A DNA stretch of 64,000 nt from assembly GCA_963921275.4 (NCBI GenBank), contig OZ001293.3:5312001-5376000 (forward strand), written 5' to 3'. The position numbers and the translations under genes are program-made. Positions within the stretch are counted from its first letter, which is position 1. Each line of letters starts with the position of its first letter. The notes beneath the pieces were generated by a model, which was not told where the DNA came from, searched no databases, and saw only the letters and a list, made by a program, of their open reading frames with translations. This document shows, piece by piece, positions 11,221 to 20,757 of this stretch. Origin of the DNA: an uncultured Hormoscilla sp. (GTDB taxonomy: Bacteria; Cyanobacteriota; Cyanobacteriia; Cyanobacteriales; Desertifilaceae).

Positions 11221-11856
11221 TTCACTTCCTAATCATAACAGACAAACAAACGTTAATTATAGCTTCAATTTACAACTGTTGAATTTCTGATTCCCGGGAT
11301 ATTTTATTTTAACAGACCATCCGACGAAAATTACCTGAGTTTTTGGCAATTTTCCCGATACCGCAAGTTATTGATCTCACAACTCACCCAGGACATGCGA
11401 TCCGGCCGCTCGACAGTGCTCTCGTCTTGCGGTGAGCGAAGTCAAACCGGCGGTGAGCAAAGTCGAACCGCAAGACGAGAGTCGGGCTAGTATTACACTA
11501 GCACATCAAAATCAATTCAGCAACTTTAAAGTAAAGCATAATTTCTTTGCCAACACCATGGTAATAGTGGATGAATTACAACAGCACTCCGAGCAGATAA
11601 TTATGTTAGCATATTAGATGGTAGTGTGTTCGCTAGCACCGGTAGTCTTAGATATTTACTTTGCCGCTGGGAGCTTGTAGCTTTGGTTCCGAAAAAACCA
11701 GTTACACAGGGAGAGTCGCGCGGCGCGAAAAGCGCTTGCCGTTGGAAAACACCCCTGACCACCCCACCGCCCAAACCATAAAAAATTATGCTACACCTTT
11801 CCTACCAGCCTCCGCAAGCTAATACTCTCGTTACCGACAACTTCTGAAGTTTTTTT

Positions 11857-12167
11857 AGCCCAAACTAGGCCATTTTTAGCCCAACTATGGCCACAATTAG
11901 CTCATACATGGCTTAGCTTAGCCAAAAAATGGCCTAGTTTAGCTCATACATGGCTTAATTTAGCCAAAACTTGCCTATTTAAATCCAACATGGCCTAGTT
12001 TAGCCAAAACATGGCCATTTTTAGCCCAACCATGGCCCCGGTTAGCTCAGACATGGCTTAGCTTAGCCAAACTTTGCCTATTTTAATCACAAATAGTCTA
12101 TGTTAGCCCAAAAATGGCCATAATTAACCAAAAACTGGCCATTTTTAGCCCCAACCTGGCCCTAAAA
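11857..12167. repeat. Degenerate tandem array of about 15 units of 21 bp (two of 19 bp), consensus AGCCAAAACATGGCCTAGTTT
   Basis: Units read directly at 11857, 11878, 11899, 11920, 11941, 11962, 11983, 12002, 12023, 12044, 12065, 12086, 12105, 12126, 12147. Confidence 0.9.
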
Positions 12168-12269
12168 CAGCCCGGCCTGCTTTAGTAAAAAATGAGCCTA
12201 AGCTAGCCAGGTTAAGACAGAACCAGAGAAAGATATATTACCATGACCGGGTGCTAGCTCAGAATACGT

Positions 12270-12470
12270 CCAGCTAACAATTTCAAAAAACAGTAACATT
12301 ATTAGTAGTAACGACCAACACCGGCTGTTCTTTGTCAGAAGCAGTACCGTCAATTTCGATAACCTGACCTTTAGCAACGAGGGCCCAGGGAGACAATAGC
12401 GGCGGGGCTGCAAACATAAGCGGTGCCCTGTTTGTCTTTAACGGGACCGTCAGAATGACCAACTCTCCGG
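12270..12470 (+). pseudogene. Remnant of a glycine-rich surface-protein segment, probably a DUF4347-family paralog; a 5' remnant lies at about 11487-11575
   Basis: Fragments SSNDQHRLFFVRSSTVNFDNLTF and GGAANISGALFVFNGTVRMTN; 11487-11575 resembles 12641-12730. Confidence 0.5.
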
Positions 12471-12479
12471 ATAGCATAA

Positions 12480-12585
12480 AAAGTAATTTTATGTATCAGA
12501 GACTACAAAAACCTAAATATCCGTAAAGTATAAGTAGGTAATTCATATTTGTTAAAATTTTTTAAATAGGTCGCAACTTGAGTTA
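12480..12585 (-). mobile_element. Solo IS982-like end fragment
   Basis: Similar to 4160-4254 including ATAGGTCGCAACTTGAGTTA. Confidence 0.75.
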
Positions 12586-12686
12586 TGATAGACCAAGGTG
12601 TGACTCGTTCCGGCGTAAGTCAGAAATATGACGATAGTCTGGCTAGTATTACACTAGCACCTCAAAATTAATTCAGCAACCAAAAA

Positions 12687-15600
12687 ATGAAGCATAAATT
12701 TTTTACCAACACCATCGTAGTAGTGGATGCCTCCCTAGAAAACTACCAGCAGCTTATAGACGGCATCCGGCCTGGGGCCAAATCTTTCCTCTTAGACCCT
12801 CAGTCCGATGGTATCCAACAGATCGGCGAACTTCTTCGACAGCATCAAGAAACAGAGGCTCTGCACCTACTTTCCCACGGCAGCCCTGGCTGTCTGTATC
12901 TGGGAAACTCTCAATTGAGTTTAGATACTCTAGGAGATTACGCCTCTACCCTGCAGAAGTGGAAGGTAAAACAACTCCTACTCTACGGCTGTAACGTCGC
13001 CGCCGGAGATGCAGGAGAGGAGTTGATGACTAAGCTACAGGCCCTGACCGGGGCATCCCTTGCCGCCTCTACTACCCGGACAGGGGCAGCAGCCCGAGGC
13101 GTAAATTGGGAGTTGGAGTGGCGAACTTCCGGGATAGAAACTCCCTTAGCATTGTCCGCAGAAGCTCAGATGGCCTATGGGGGCATATTGGCCCCCTCAA
13201 TCAGCAGGATTATGAGGCCTTAAAAGCTCTATACCAAAGCACGGGTGGGGCTTCTTGGCTGAGGAATACAGGCTGGCGGGACTGGAATTTCAACAGCGCA
13301 ACTCCCCCTGATGCTTCTATTGTTCGCAGTTGGTCAGGGGTGTGGGTAATTAACAACAGGGTGACGTCGCTCCGCCTGGGCAACAACCAACTGACTGGCA
13401 GCATCCCGACGGAGTTAGGGAATCTTTCCAATTTAGAACGGCTCCACCTGGGTCTCAACCAACTGACTGGCAGCATCCCGACGGAGTTAGGGAATCTTTC
13501 AAATTTGGAACGGCTCCACCTGGGCCTCAACCAACTGACTGGCACCATCCCGAATCAGTTAGGGAATCTTTCCAATTTGGAAGAGCTCTGGCTGAACAAC
13601 AACCAACTGACTGGCACCATCCCGACGGAGTTAGGGAATCTGCACAATTTAAAATTGCTCATCCTGCACAACAACCAACTGACTGGCACCATCCCGAGTC
13701 AGTTAGGGAATCTGCACAATTTGGAAGAGTTCAACCCGAGCAACAACCAACTGACTGGCACCATCCCGAATCAGTTAGGGAATCTGAACAATTTGGTAAA
13801 GCTCACCCCGAACAACAACCAACTGACTGGCAGCATCCCGACGGAGTTAGGGAATCTTTCCAATTTGGAACAGCTCTACCTGTACAACAACCAACTGACT
13901 GGCAGCATCCCGACTGAGTTAGGGAATCTTTCCAATTTGCGATATCTCGATCTGGACAGGAACCAACTGACTGGCAGCATCCCTACGGAGTTAGGGAATC
14001 TTTCTAATTTGCAAGAGCTCGACCTGTACAACAACCAACTGACTGGCAGCATCCCGAGTCAGTTAGGGAATCTTTCCAATTTGCAATTGCTCTACCTGTA
14101 CAACAACCTTCTGACTGGCACCATCCCCCAAGGGGTACTAGATTTGCAGGCTGACAAGCGATTGGAAAACCCCCCTTATGTAAAAACCGAGATTCCCGAC
14201 TTCGAGTTCTTGCCAGGTAATAACCTCAACATAGACATTAGCGAAAACTTCGGCGACATCAATGACAACATCAACAACTACACAGCTACCGGTTTACCAG
14301 GGGGCGTAACCATCAACTCTCACGGAGTTATCAGCGGTATCTCTACTACCGCAGGCATCTTTACCGTAACGGTAACCGCCATCGACCGAGCGGGATATAA
14401 AGGGATAGATACCTTTGACATTGTTATAAAGAACTCCTTTCCTACCGATCTAGAACTCAGCAACAGCAGCATCGATGAAAACTCCGCAGTCAATAGCGTC
14501 GTGGGGACTTTCGGAACTATCGACCCAGACAGTGGAGATACCTTTACCTACCAGTTAGTCTCAGGCGTTGGTGACCGTGATAACGCCGCCTTCACCATAG
14601 AAGGGAACCAACTGCTAACTAACAGTTCACCGGACCATGAGACCAAACCGAGTTACAGCATCCTCATCCAAACTACCGACGCTGCTGGGGCCAGTTACTC
14701 CGAGGCCTTTACCATTAACGTCAACGATGTTCCCGAGTCTCCTACCGGCCTCAACCTCTCTGGCAGCAGCATTGATGAAAACTCCGCCGTCAATAGCGTC
14801 GTGGGGACTTTCTCCACTACAGACCCAGACAGTGGAGATAGCTTTACCTACCAGTTAGTCTCAGGCGCCGGCGCCTCCGACAACGCCGCCTTCACCATAG
14901 AAGGGAACCAACTGCTAACTAACAGTTCCCCGGACTATGAGACCAAACCGAGTTACAGCATCCGCGTCCAGACTACCGACGCTGCTGGGGCCAGTTACTC
15001 GGAGACCTTTACCATTAACGTCAACGATGTTCCCGAGTCTCCTACCAGTCTCAACCTCTCTGGCAGCAGCATTGATGAAAACTCCGCTGAGGGTGCAGTC
15101 GTGGGGATCTTCTCCACTATCGACCCCGACTCTGGAGATACCTTTACCTACCAGTTAGTCTCAGGCGCCGGCGCCTCCGATAACGCCGCCTTCACCATTT
15201 CCGGGGACCAACTGCTAATTAACAGTTCACCGGACTATGAGACCCAGTCGAGTTACAGCATCCGCGTCCAAACTACCGACGCTGCTGGGGCCAGTTACTC
15301 GGAAGCCTTTACCATTAACGTCAACGATGTTCCCGAGTCTCCTACCGGCCTCAACCTCTCTGGCAGCAGCATCAATGAAAACTCCGCATCGGGTAGTGTC
15401 GTGGGGATCTTCTCCACTATCGACCCAGACAGTGAAGATACCTTTACCTACCAGTTAGTCTCAGGCGCCGGCGCCTCCGACAACGCCGCCTTCACCATTT
15501 CCGGGGACCAACTGCTAATTAACAGTTCACCGGACTATGAGACCCAGTCGAGTTACAGCATCCGCGTCCAGACTACCGACGCTGCTGGGGCCAGTTACTC

Positions 15601-16243
15601 AGAAACCTTTACCATTAACGTCAACGATGTTCCAGAGGTTGGCCTACCAATAGTCGGTGAGGATAGTCAGAACGACTACCTCCGGGGGACGCCCAACGGG
15701 GAACAACTGTTAGGTCTAGGAGGAGAAGACCGGCTCTTTGGGAAAAAAGGGAACGACACCCTCATCGGCGGAGGTGGAAACGATCACCTCTACGGAGGTG
15801 ATCGAGACGACTCCCTCATCGGCGGACATGGAAAAGATTACCTCTACGGAGAAGATGAGAACGACTCCCTCATCGGCGGATATGGAAACGATACCATCTA
15901 CGGAGAAGATGGGAATGACTCGATCATCGGCGGAGATGGAGACGATATCCTCTACGGACAAGATGAGAACGACACTCTCATCGGCGGACGTGGAGACGAT
16001 ACCCTCGAAGGAGGGGAGGACGCCGATATTTTTGTTCTGAAGCAGGGCCATGGCCGGGATACCATCATAGACTTTGAAGATGGCACGGACAAGATCGGGC
16101 TAGCAGGAAGTTTGAGTTTCAACGATTTGCAGATCGTCTCTCAGGGCCAAAATGTCTTGATTATTGGAGAGGAAACCCTGGTCACCCTACAGCGCATTGA
16201 TTTGACCCTGATTACTAGCGATGATTTCACTGTGGTTACTTGA
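12687..16243 (+). CDS. Large surface or secreted protein: DUF4347 - 11 LRRs - Ig-like - 4 cadherin-like repeats - RTX Ca-binding tail; frameshift at a C5 tract near 13192
   Basis: LHLLSHGSPG..LYGCNVAAG (DUF4347); 24-aa LxxLxLxxNQLTGxIPxxLGN units; 100-aa DEN..DPDSGD..DYET repeats; GGxGxD nonapeptides. Confidence 0.88.
13360..14130 (+). repeat. 72-bp LRR-coding tandem repeats (11 units)
   Basis: Recurring AACCAACTGACTGGCA(G/C)CATCCCGA...GTTAGGGAATCT. Confidence 0.95.
14440..15635 (+). repeat. 300-bp cadherin-like coding repeats (4 units)
   Basis: Near-identical units at 300-nt period. Confidence 0.95.
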
Positions 16244-16380
16244 AGTTTACCACAATGGGGGGAACCTCGATACCTTCGCGATGCCTTCCGGTTTTCGCCG
16301 TGCGGGAGGAAGGCATCGTAGGTTGCCTGCGTTGCATCCCGATTTTTCCGGAACGGTAGGCATCGAAAGGACGAACTAGT

Positions 16381-16557
16381 ATTAAACTAAGCCAGGGAGT
16401 CACCACCCCGAAGAGTCTTCAAAACCGGACGATCTGCTTTTTACCTCATTCGGCTCCTCGGTAATGCCACCCTTGTCATGGGTACGACTGTGATTTCCAT
16501 CGCTGGCAGTCTTTATATCGTGGCAATGTTTGTGCAGCAACTGTAGATTGTTGTACT
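16381..16557 (-). mobile_element. 3' remnant of a group II intron (HNH tail, DV, DVI), same family as 1193-1949
   Basis: NLQLLHKHCHDIKTASDG...THDKGGITEEP; minus strand ends GGCTTAGTTTAAT. Confidence 0.85.
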
Positions 16558-16564
16558 GGATAAA

Positions 16565-16740
16565 TCCATCAATGGACGCATCTAACGCGCCAGCAAATAA
16601 CCGACTCCGAAGTGCCATTCCGTATCCCTTGCGGGAGCGCAGCCATAGAGATTTCCGTCAGTGTCACAGTGGTGGAGCAATTGCTCGATAAACATAACTT
16701 TCTTCGTCGCGAGGCTTTCAAGACCAAAGCTACAGGAGAC
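16565..16740 (+). pseudogene. ISAzo13-like transposase fragment
   Basis: WTHLTRQQITD...VSVTVVEQLLDKHNFLRREAFKT. Confidence 0.55.
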
Positions 16741-17009
16741 CAAATTATTGAATCCTCATTCCTTACAACCATAGGAGTAAAGCAATTGCTAGACAACTAT
16801 AGCTAGCTTAAATCATTTGTGTCAATTTTATGGAGGATAGGAACGTGGCTGAAACCCTTGTCTGGTAATGATTTCATTGAACCCACCAGTCGCACAAATT
16901 ATTTAGGCTTGCAAGAGGTCTATTTTACATTAATCTCACGATAATTGTTAATCTAACAATTATCTGATTTAGTAGGAAATCTCTTGGCGATCGCCGAAAA
17001 ACTTGCCAC

Positions 17010-18724
17010 TCAGTTCGGGTCCAGCTGGGCCAGCCAAATAGCTGTATCCGCCCCTTCTTCAGGCGATCGGGTAGCCCCCGCACCACCCATCTCCGTCCGC
17101 ACCCAGCCCGGAGACATGGCATAAACCGCAATGCCTTGCGATCGCAGGGTATCTGCTAACATGATAGTCGCGCCATTGAGCGCAAGTTTGGACAAACCAT
17201 AAGCTGCTGGTACGCTAGCAGACAAGGTGTTCAACTGACCGTATTCGCTGGAAACATTAATAATGCGAGCTGCGGGAGCTTTTGCAAGTAGGGGGAGAAA
17301 AGCTTGGGTAACACTTATGGCACCAAAAGCATTAATATGCAGTGCGACTCGTTTCGGCCTAACCTGTACAAACACGGAAAAGCCGAGCCAAAATTGGACT
17401 GAATGTTTAGAACCAAAACTAATCATAATCAGGCTCAATATGGTAACTCTGGTCATCATGGGGGTTAAATTCCCTCTCCCCAGGTGTGGGGGTGACACCG
17501 GTCCTTAGTGCTGCGGAGTGACATCACCGTGGTGCGGAGCAAGGACTTAAATGTAGGATAGCTGACAGCCCAAAGTCGGCAACTCCGCTAGGAAAGATGC
17601 TCATGGTTAGGAAAACGAATCTGTGAAAGCCTCGTTATGTGTAACCAGCGGAAGAAGGCTTACACGCTGGCCTAAAAAGGAAATGGTAGCTAGTGTTGGC
17701 TGTTGCATATGGCCAACATCACACTCAAAGTAGCTCCCGGGGTAAAGCAGGGACCTAAAAACATCGTGAAATGATACCAGGGAACGAAGTAACTCCACGT
17801 GTGCTGTCCATAACTACTCGACTATCGACCGGTGGTCAGGAGATAGGGACCAGTTAGATGATAAGCGTAAGCCATGTGGAGAGAGATGGCCCAAGAAGCA
17901 AAGGACAGGGGTAACTCCTTGTATAAGTGGTGCAGGAATGTACCGGCAGACGTGGGTCGGATATAGTTGGAAATCTTGGGTGGAAGTATCCCTAATACGT
18001 ACCAAAAATCAGGAGAAATCCTAGATTGTAATATGGACTAAAACTCTAGCCGGGTAAAACTTGAAAAGTCCCCTAATGACGAGACAGGGGCAATGTTAGC
18101 AAAGAGCGGTATAAGTGGTTTCCTGGATACCCCCCGCGAACCTTCCGGAGCTAGATACGAAACAGTCCTATCGACTACCATAAAGGGGAAAAACTGCATA
18201 AGAAGAGGGACAAAGGGAGCAATCCCCAGTAATCCTGCCAATGACAAGGTCCAACTAACCAGTAGCCGTGTGCGATGAAAACCGCATGCACGGTTCGAAA
18301 GGGAGGGTTGGGAAGCGATTCCCAGCTCTACCCCTAATTCGTCAGATCCAACAGATCGCGAGAAATGTTGAGCCGGTTGAGTCCCCCATCGGGTAAAATG
18401 CCAGCATTATTGATCAGCACATCCAGGCGATCGCATTCCCGATCGCGTAGCGTGGCGCAGCCATGTTAAAGCCTGTGCGGCGCGGGAAATACTTCGATCG
18501 TCAGTAACATCAAGTTGCATCGCGGCAATGCGCGATCCTGGGGCTTTTAACTGCGCCGCTCTTTGCCCTTGGCGTTCGCGTAGCGTGCGCGCAGCGCATG
18601 CGATCTGGCTGCTATAATCACGTCAAAGCCGACATATAGTAATCCTTTACAAATAGCAAAACCGATGCCTTTATTGCCACCTGTAACTAGAGCTGTTTTT
18701 CCCTTAAATTGTGCATTCATCATC
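17010..18724 (-). pseudogene. Short-chain dehydrogenase/reductase interrupted by an antisense group II intron, two short-repeat insertions and a frameshift
   Basis: TGGNKGIG, LDVLINNAG, YGLSK, SPGWVRTEMG; removing 17342-18338 joins LT-A|TG-HINAFG. Confidence 0.9.
17342..18338 (+). ncRNA. ORF-less group II intron (997 nt), antisense to the SDR gene
   Basis: GTGCGA start; DV AGCCGTGTGCGATGAAAACCGCATGCACGGTT; DVI ending CTACCCCTAAT; loop TGCATA complementary to 5' flank TATGCA; host gene rejoins exactly. Confidence 0.93.
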
Positions 18725-18796
18725 AATCTCCTGATTTTCAAAGCGATCGCCTCCCGGTATACGGTGGTGATGGTTCTGCCAGTCCCACCGGATAAT

Positions 18797-19267
18797 TTAC
18801 TTTTTCTGCTTCGGCATTTTTGATTCTATAATATGCTCGGCTCCCTTCATAGCCTCCTTAGGAAATGACAAGTTAATCGTAATAGTGGACGTAGTAGCGA
18901 TCCGCAAATAGTAGTGACTGGAACTTTCTCTTCTAACTATAACATTATTCCAGGGAATCATTGGATAAAGAAAAAAGAGTGCTAAAACAGACGCGAGAGA
19001 CAGGTATAACCCTCGATCGCAGGTACCAACTTCGATATCTGAATAGCTCATACAGTTAATATAACAACCACTCGAGGATGTTGATATTGATAGATTAGTC
19101 ATCTCTTGCTTTTTGGCTCTGTAATACAATGCTAGAAGCAACCAGCCGTTTAACATAGAAGATATAACTATTCCTAAGTAACTCACTATATAAATTAATG
19201 GATAATCATATAATGTCAAATTGCCTGGATTTGACAAATCGAAGGCAAGCAGCATTTCATTCTTCAT
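18797..19267 (-). CDS. Hypothetical membrane protein
   Basis: 156-aa low-GC ORF with two hydrophobic segments. Confidence 0.55.
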   Translation of the reverse strand: MKNEMLLAFDLSNPGNLTLYDYPLIYIVSYLGIVISSMLNGWLLLALYYRAKKQEMTNLSISTSSSGCYINCMSYSDIEVGTCDRGLYLSLASVLALFFLYPMIPWNNVIVRRESSSHYYLRIATTSTITINLSFPKEAMKGAEHIIESKMPKQKK

Positions 19268-19599
19268 CTTTTTTCACCGATTGCTATTTTGGGGACAAAT
19301 CAGATATTTTTAAGTTTCTCTCTCAGTGAAAGCTGTTCCGGGAACGATCGCGATCTCTCCTCCAGTAATTGGACTAGAAGCGATCTCTCCCATTATCATA
19401 CCATATCTACGATCGAACCCAATTATTTTCGGGTGCATCCCAGTTTTGCAATATAGCCCGCGCAGGCGGGCTTTGTATCTGTAGCCGGACCCTTTAGGGT
19501 ATGGCTGCGCCCCACATCGCGCAGCGTGGCGGCAGCCATGCGCAGCGCTATCGGGCTGTGCGGGGCGCACAGAAGGCAACGCAAATATGAGATGCACCC

Positions 19600-20643
19600 T
19601 TATTTTCTGGGGTTATCAATCAGTTTCAGCGACCCTCCAAAGGCAAAATCCTGCACCATCGAACTCTTGAGGAAATCATGGGGAAATCCTAATTCGATCG
19701 CACTGACTTCATCCAAGCGCTGCATTTGTTCTGGAGTTAACTCGAACTCCAAGCAGGCAATATTTTCCTCTACCTGCTTGACCTTGCGAGATCCGATAAT
19801 CGGAATAATTCCGCCCTTTTGCCGCAACCAGTTCAATGCTACTTGGGAAGGTGCGCGTCCGATCTCTGCTGCTATCTTAACTACTTCTGCCGCAATTGTC
19901 AAGTCCCGATCGCTCACGTGCATTTGCTCAAAATCATCTGCTCGATTCGACTCTGAAGCAGCAGTTTTTTGACTGCTTTTATTGTATTTCCCCGTCAAAA
20001 CCCCACCGCCTAGAGGACTCCAAGCGGTCACGCCAATTTCAAAGGCACTTGCCATGGGTAACAAGTCTCGTTCCGGAGTACGTTCTCGCAAGGAATATTC
20101 AATTTGCAAGCCGATAAAAGATGTCCAACCTCGCAGACTGGCGATCGTATTTGCTTGGGAAATAATCCAAGCAGGAGTATCGGAAATGCCGATATAAAGC
20201 ACCTTACCGGCGCGGACTAAATCGTCAAACGATCGCATGACTTCTTCTACGGGGGTGGTAAAATCCCAGGCGTGTAACCACAGCAAGTCGATATAGTCTA
20301 CTTGCAGGCGTTTCAAGCTAGCTTCCACTGCTTGTACCATATTTTTGCGATGGTTACCGCCAGCATTCATTTCCCCATTGCCTGTATTGAGACTGTATTT
20401 GGTGGCCACAACCCATTTAGCGCGATCGGCGGCAATAAAGTCCCCCACATATTTTTCGCTCGTACCATTAGTATAAAGGTTAGCGGTATCGAGAAAATTA
20501 CCGCCCGCTTCAGCAAAAGCATCAAATACTTTGCGACTTTCCTCATAGTCAGAACCCCAACCCCAGTCTTCTCCAAAGGTCATCGTCCCGAGACAGAGTT
20601 CTGATACGCGCAGTCCGCTTTTCCCCAATAATTTGTAATGCAT
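19600..20643 (-). CDS. Aldo/keto reductase
   Basis: MHYKLLGKSGLRVSELCLGTMTFG, DTANLY, SLKRLQVDYIDL. Confidence 0.95.
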   Translation of the reverse strand: MHYKLLGKSGLRVSELCLGTMTFGEDWGWGSDYEESRKVFDAFAEAGGNFLDTANLYTNGTSEKYVGDFIAADRAKWVVATKYSLNTGNGEMNAGGNHRKNMVQAVEASLKRLQVDYIDLLWLHAWDFTTPVEEVMRSFDDLVRAGKVLYIGISDTPAWIISQANTIASLRGWTSFIGLQIEYSLRERTPERDLLPMASAFEIGVTAWSPLGGGVLTGKYNKSSQKTAASESNRADDFEQMHVSDRDLTIAAEVVKIAAEIGRAPSQVALNWLRQKGGIIPIIGSRKVKQVEENIACLEFELTPEQMQRLDEVSAIELGFPHDFLKSSMVQDFAFGGSLKLIDNPRK

Positions 20644-20669
20644 TGTTGTTTTTACTCCTGAATATGGTA

Positions 20670-20703
20670 AGTTGCCAGTTGTCAGTTGCCAGTTGTCAGT
20701 GGT
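20670..20703. repeat. Heptamer short tandem repeat (CAGTTGT/CAGTTGC)
   Basis: GTTGCCAGTTGTCAGTTGCCAGTTGTCAGT. Confidence 0.7.
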
Positions 20704-20757
20704 AAATTGCGAAGTGAGTATTCCTATTATCCCATCATTGTGCAACGCCAAAAAAGA

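Noticed and set aside
11700..11800. Possible TPR C-terminal remnant (REKRLPLENTPDHPTAQTIKN)
   Set aside because: Too short and degenerate to support a call
11857..12167. CRISPR array
   Set aside because: Units are contiguous and degenerate with no unique spacers, and no cas genes are present
12598..12620. GTGTGACTCGTTCCGGCGTAA resembling a group II intron 5' end
   Set aside because: No further intron structure follows, and partly similar sequence lies upstream of the other DUF4347 gene
13360..14130. Diversity-generating retroelement
   Set aside because: No RT, no separate template repeat, and scaffold adenines are conserved
14637..16051. Repeated alternate-frame and antisense ORFs
   Set aside because: Shadows of the cadherin and RTX repeats
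17607..18278. Short ORFs inside the intron
   Set aside because: No RT or maturase motifs; they overlap ribozyme domains
20644..20751. N-terminal extension of the aldo/keto reductase
   Set aside because: Runs through heptamer repeats; the family start MHYKLLG is at 20643
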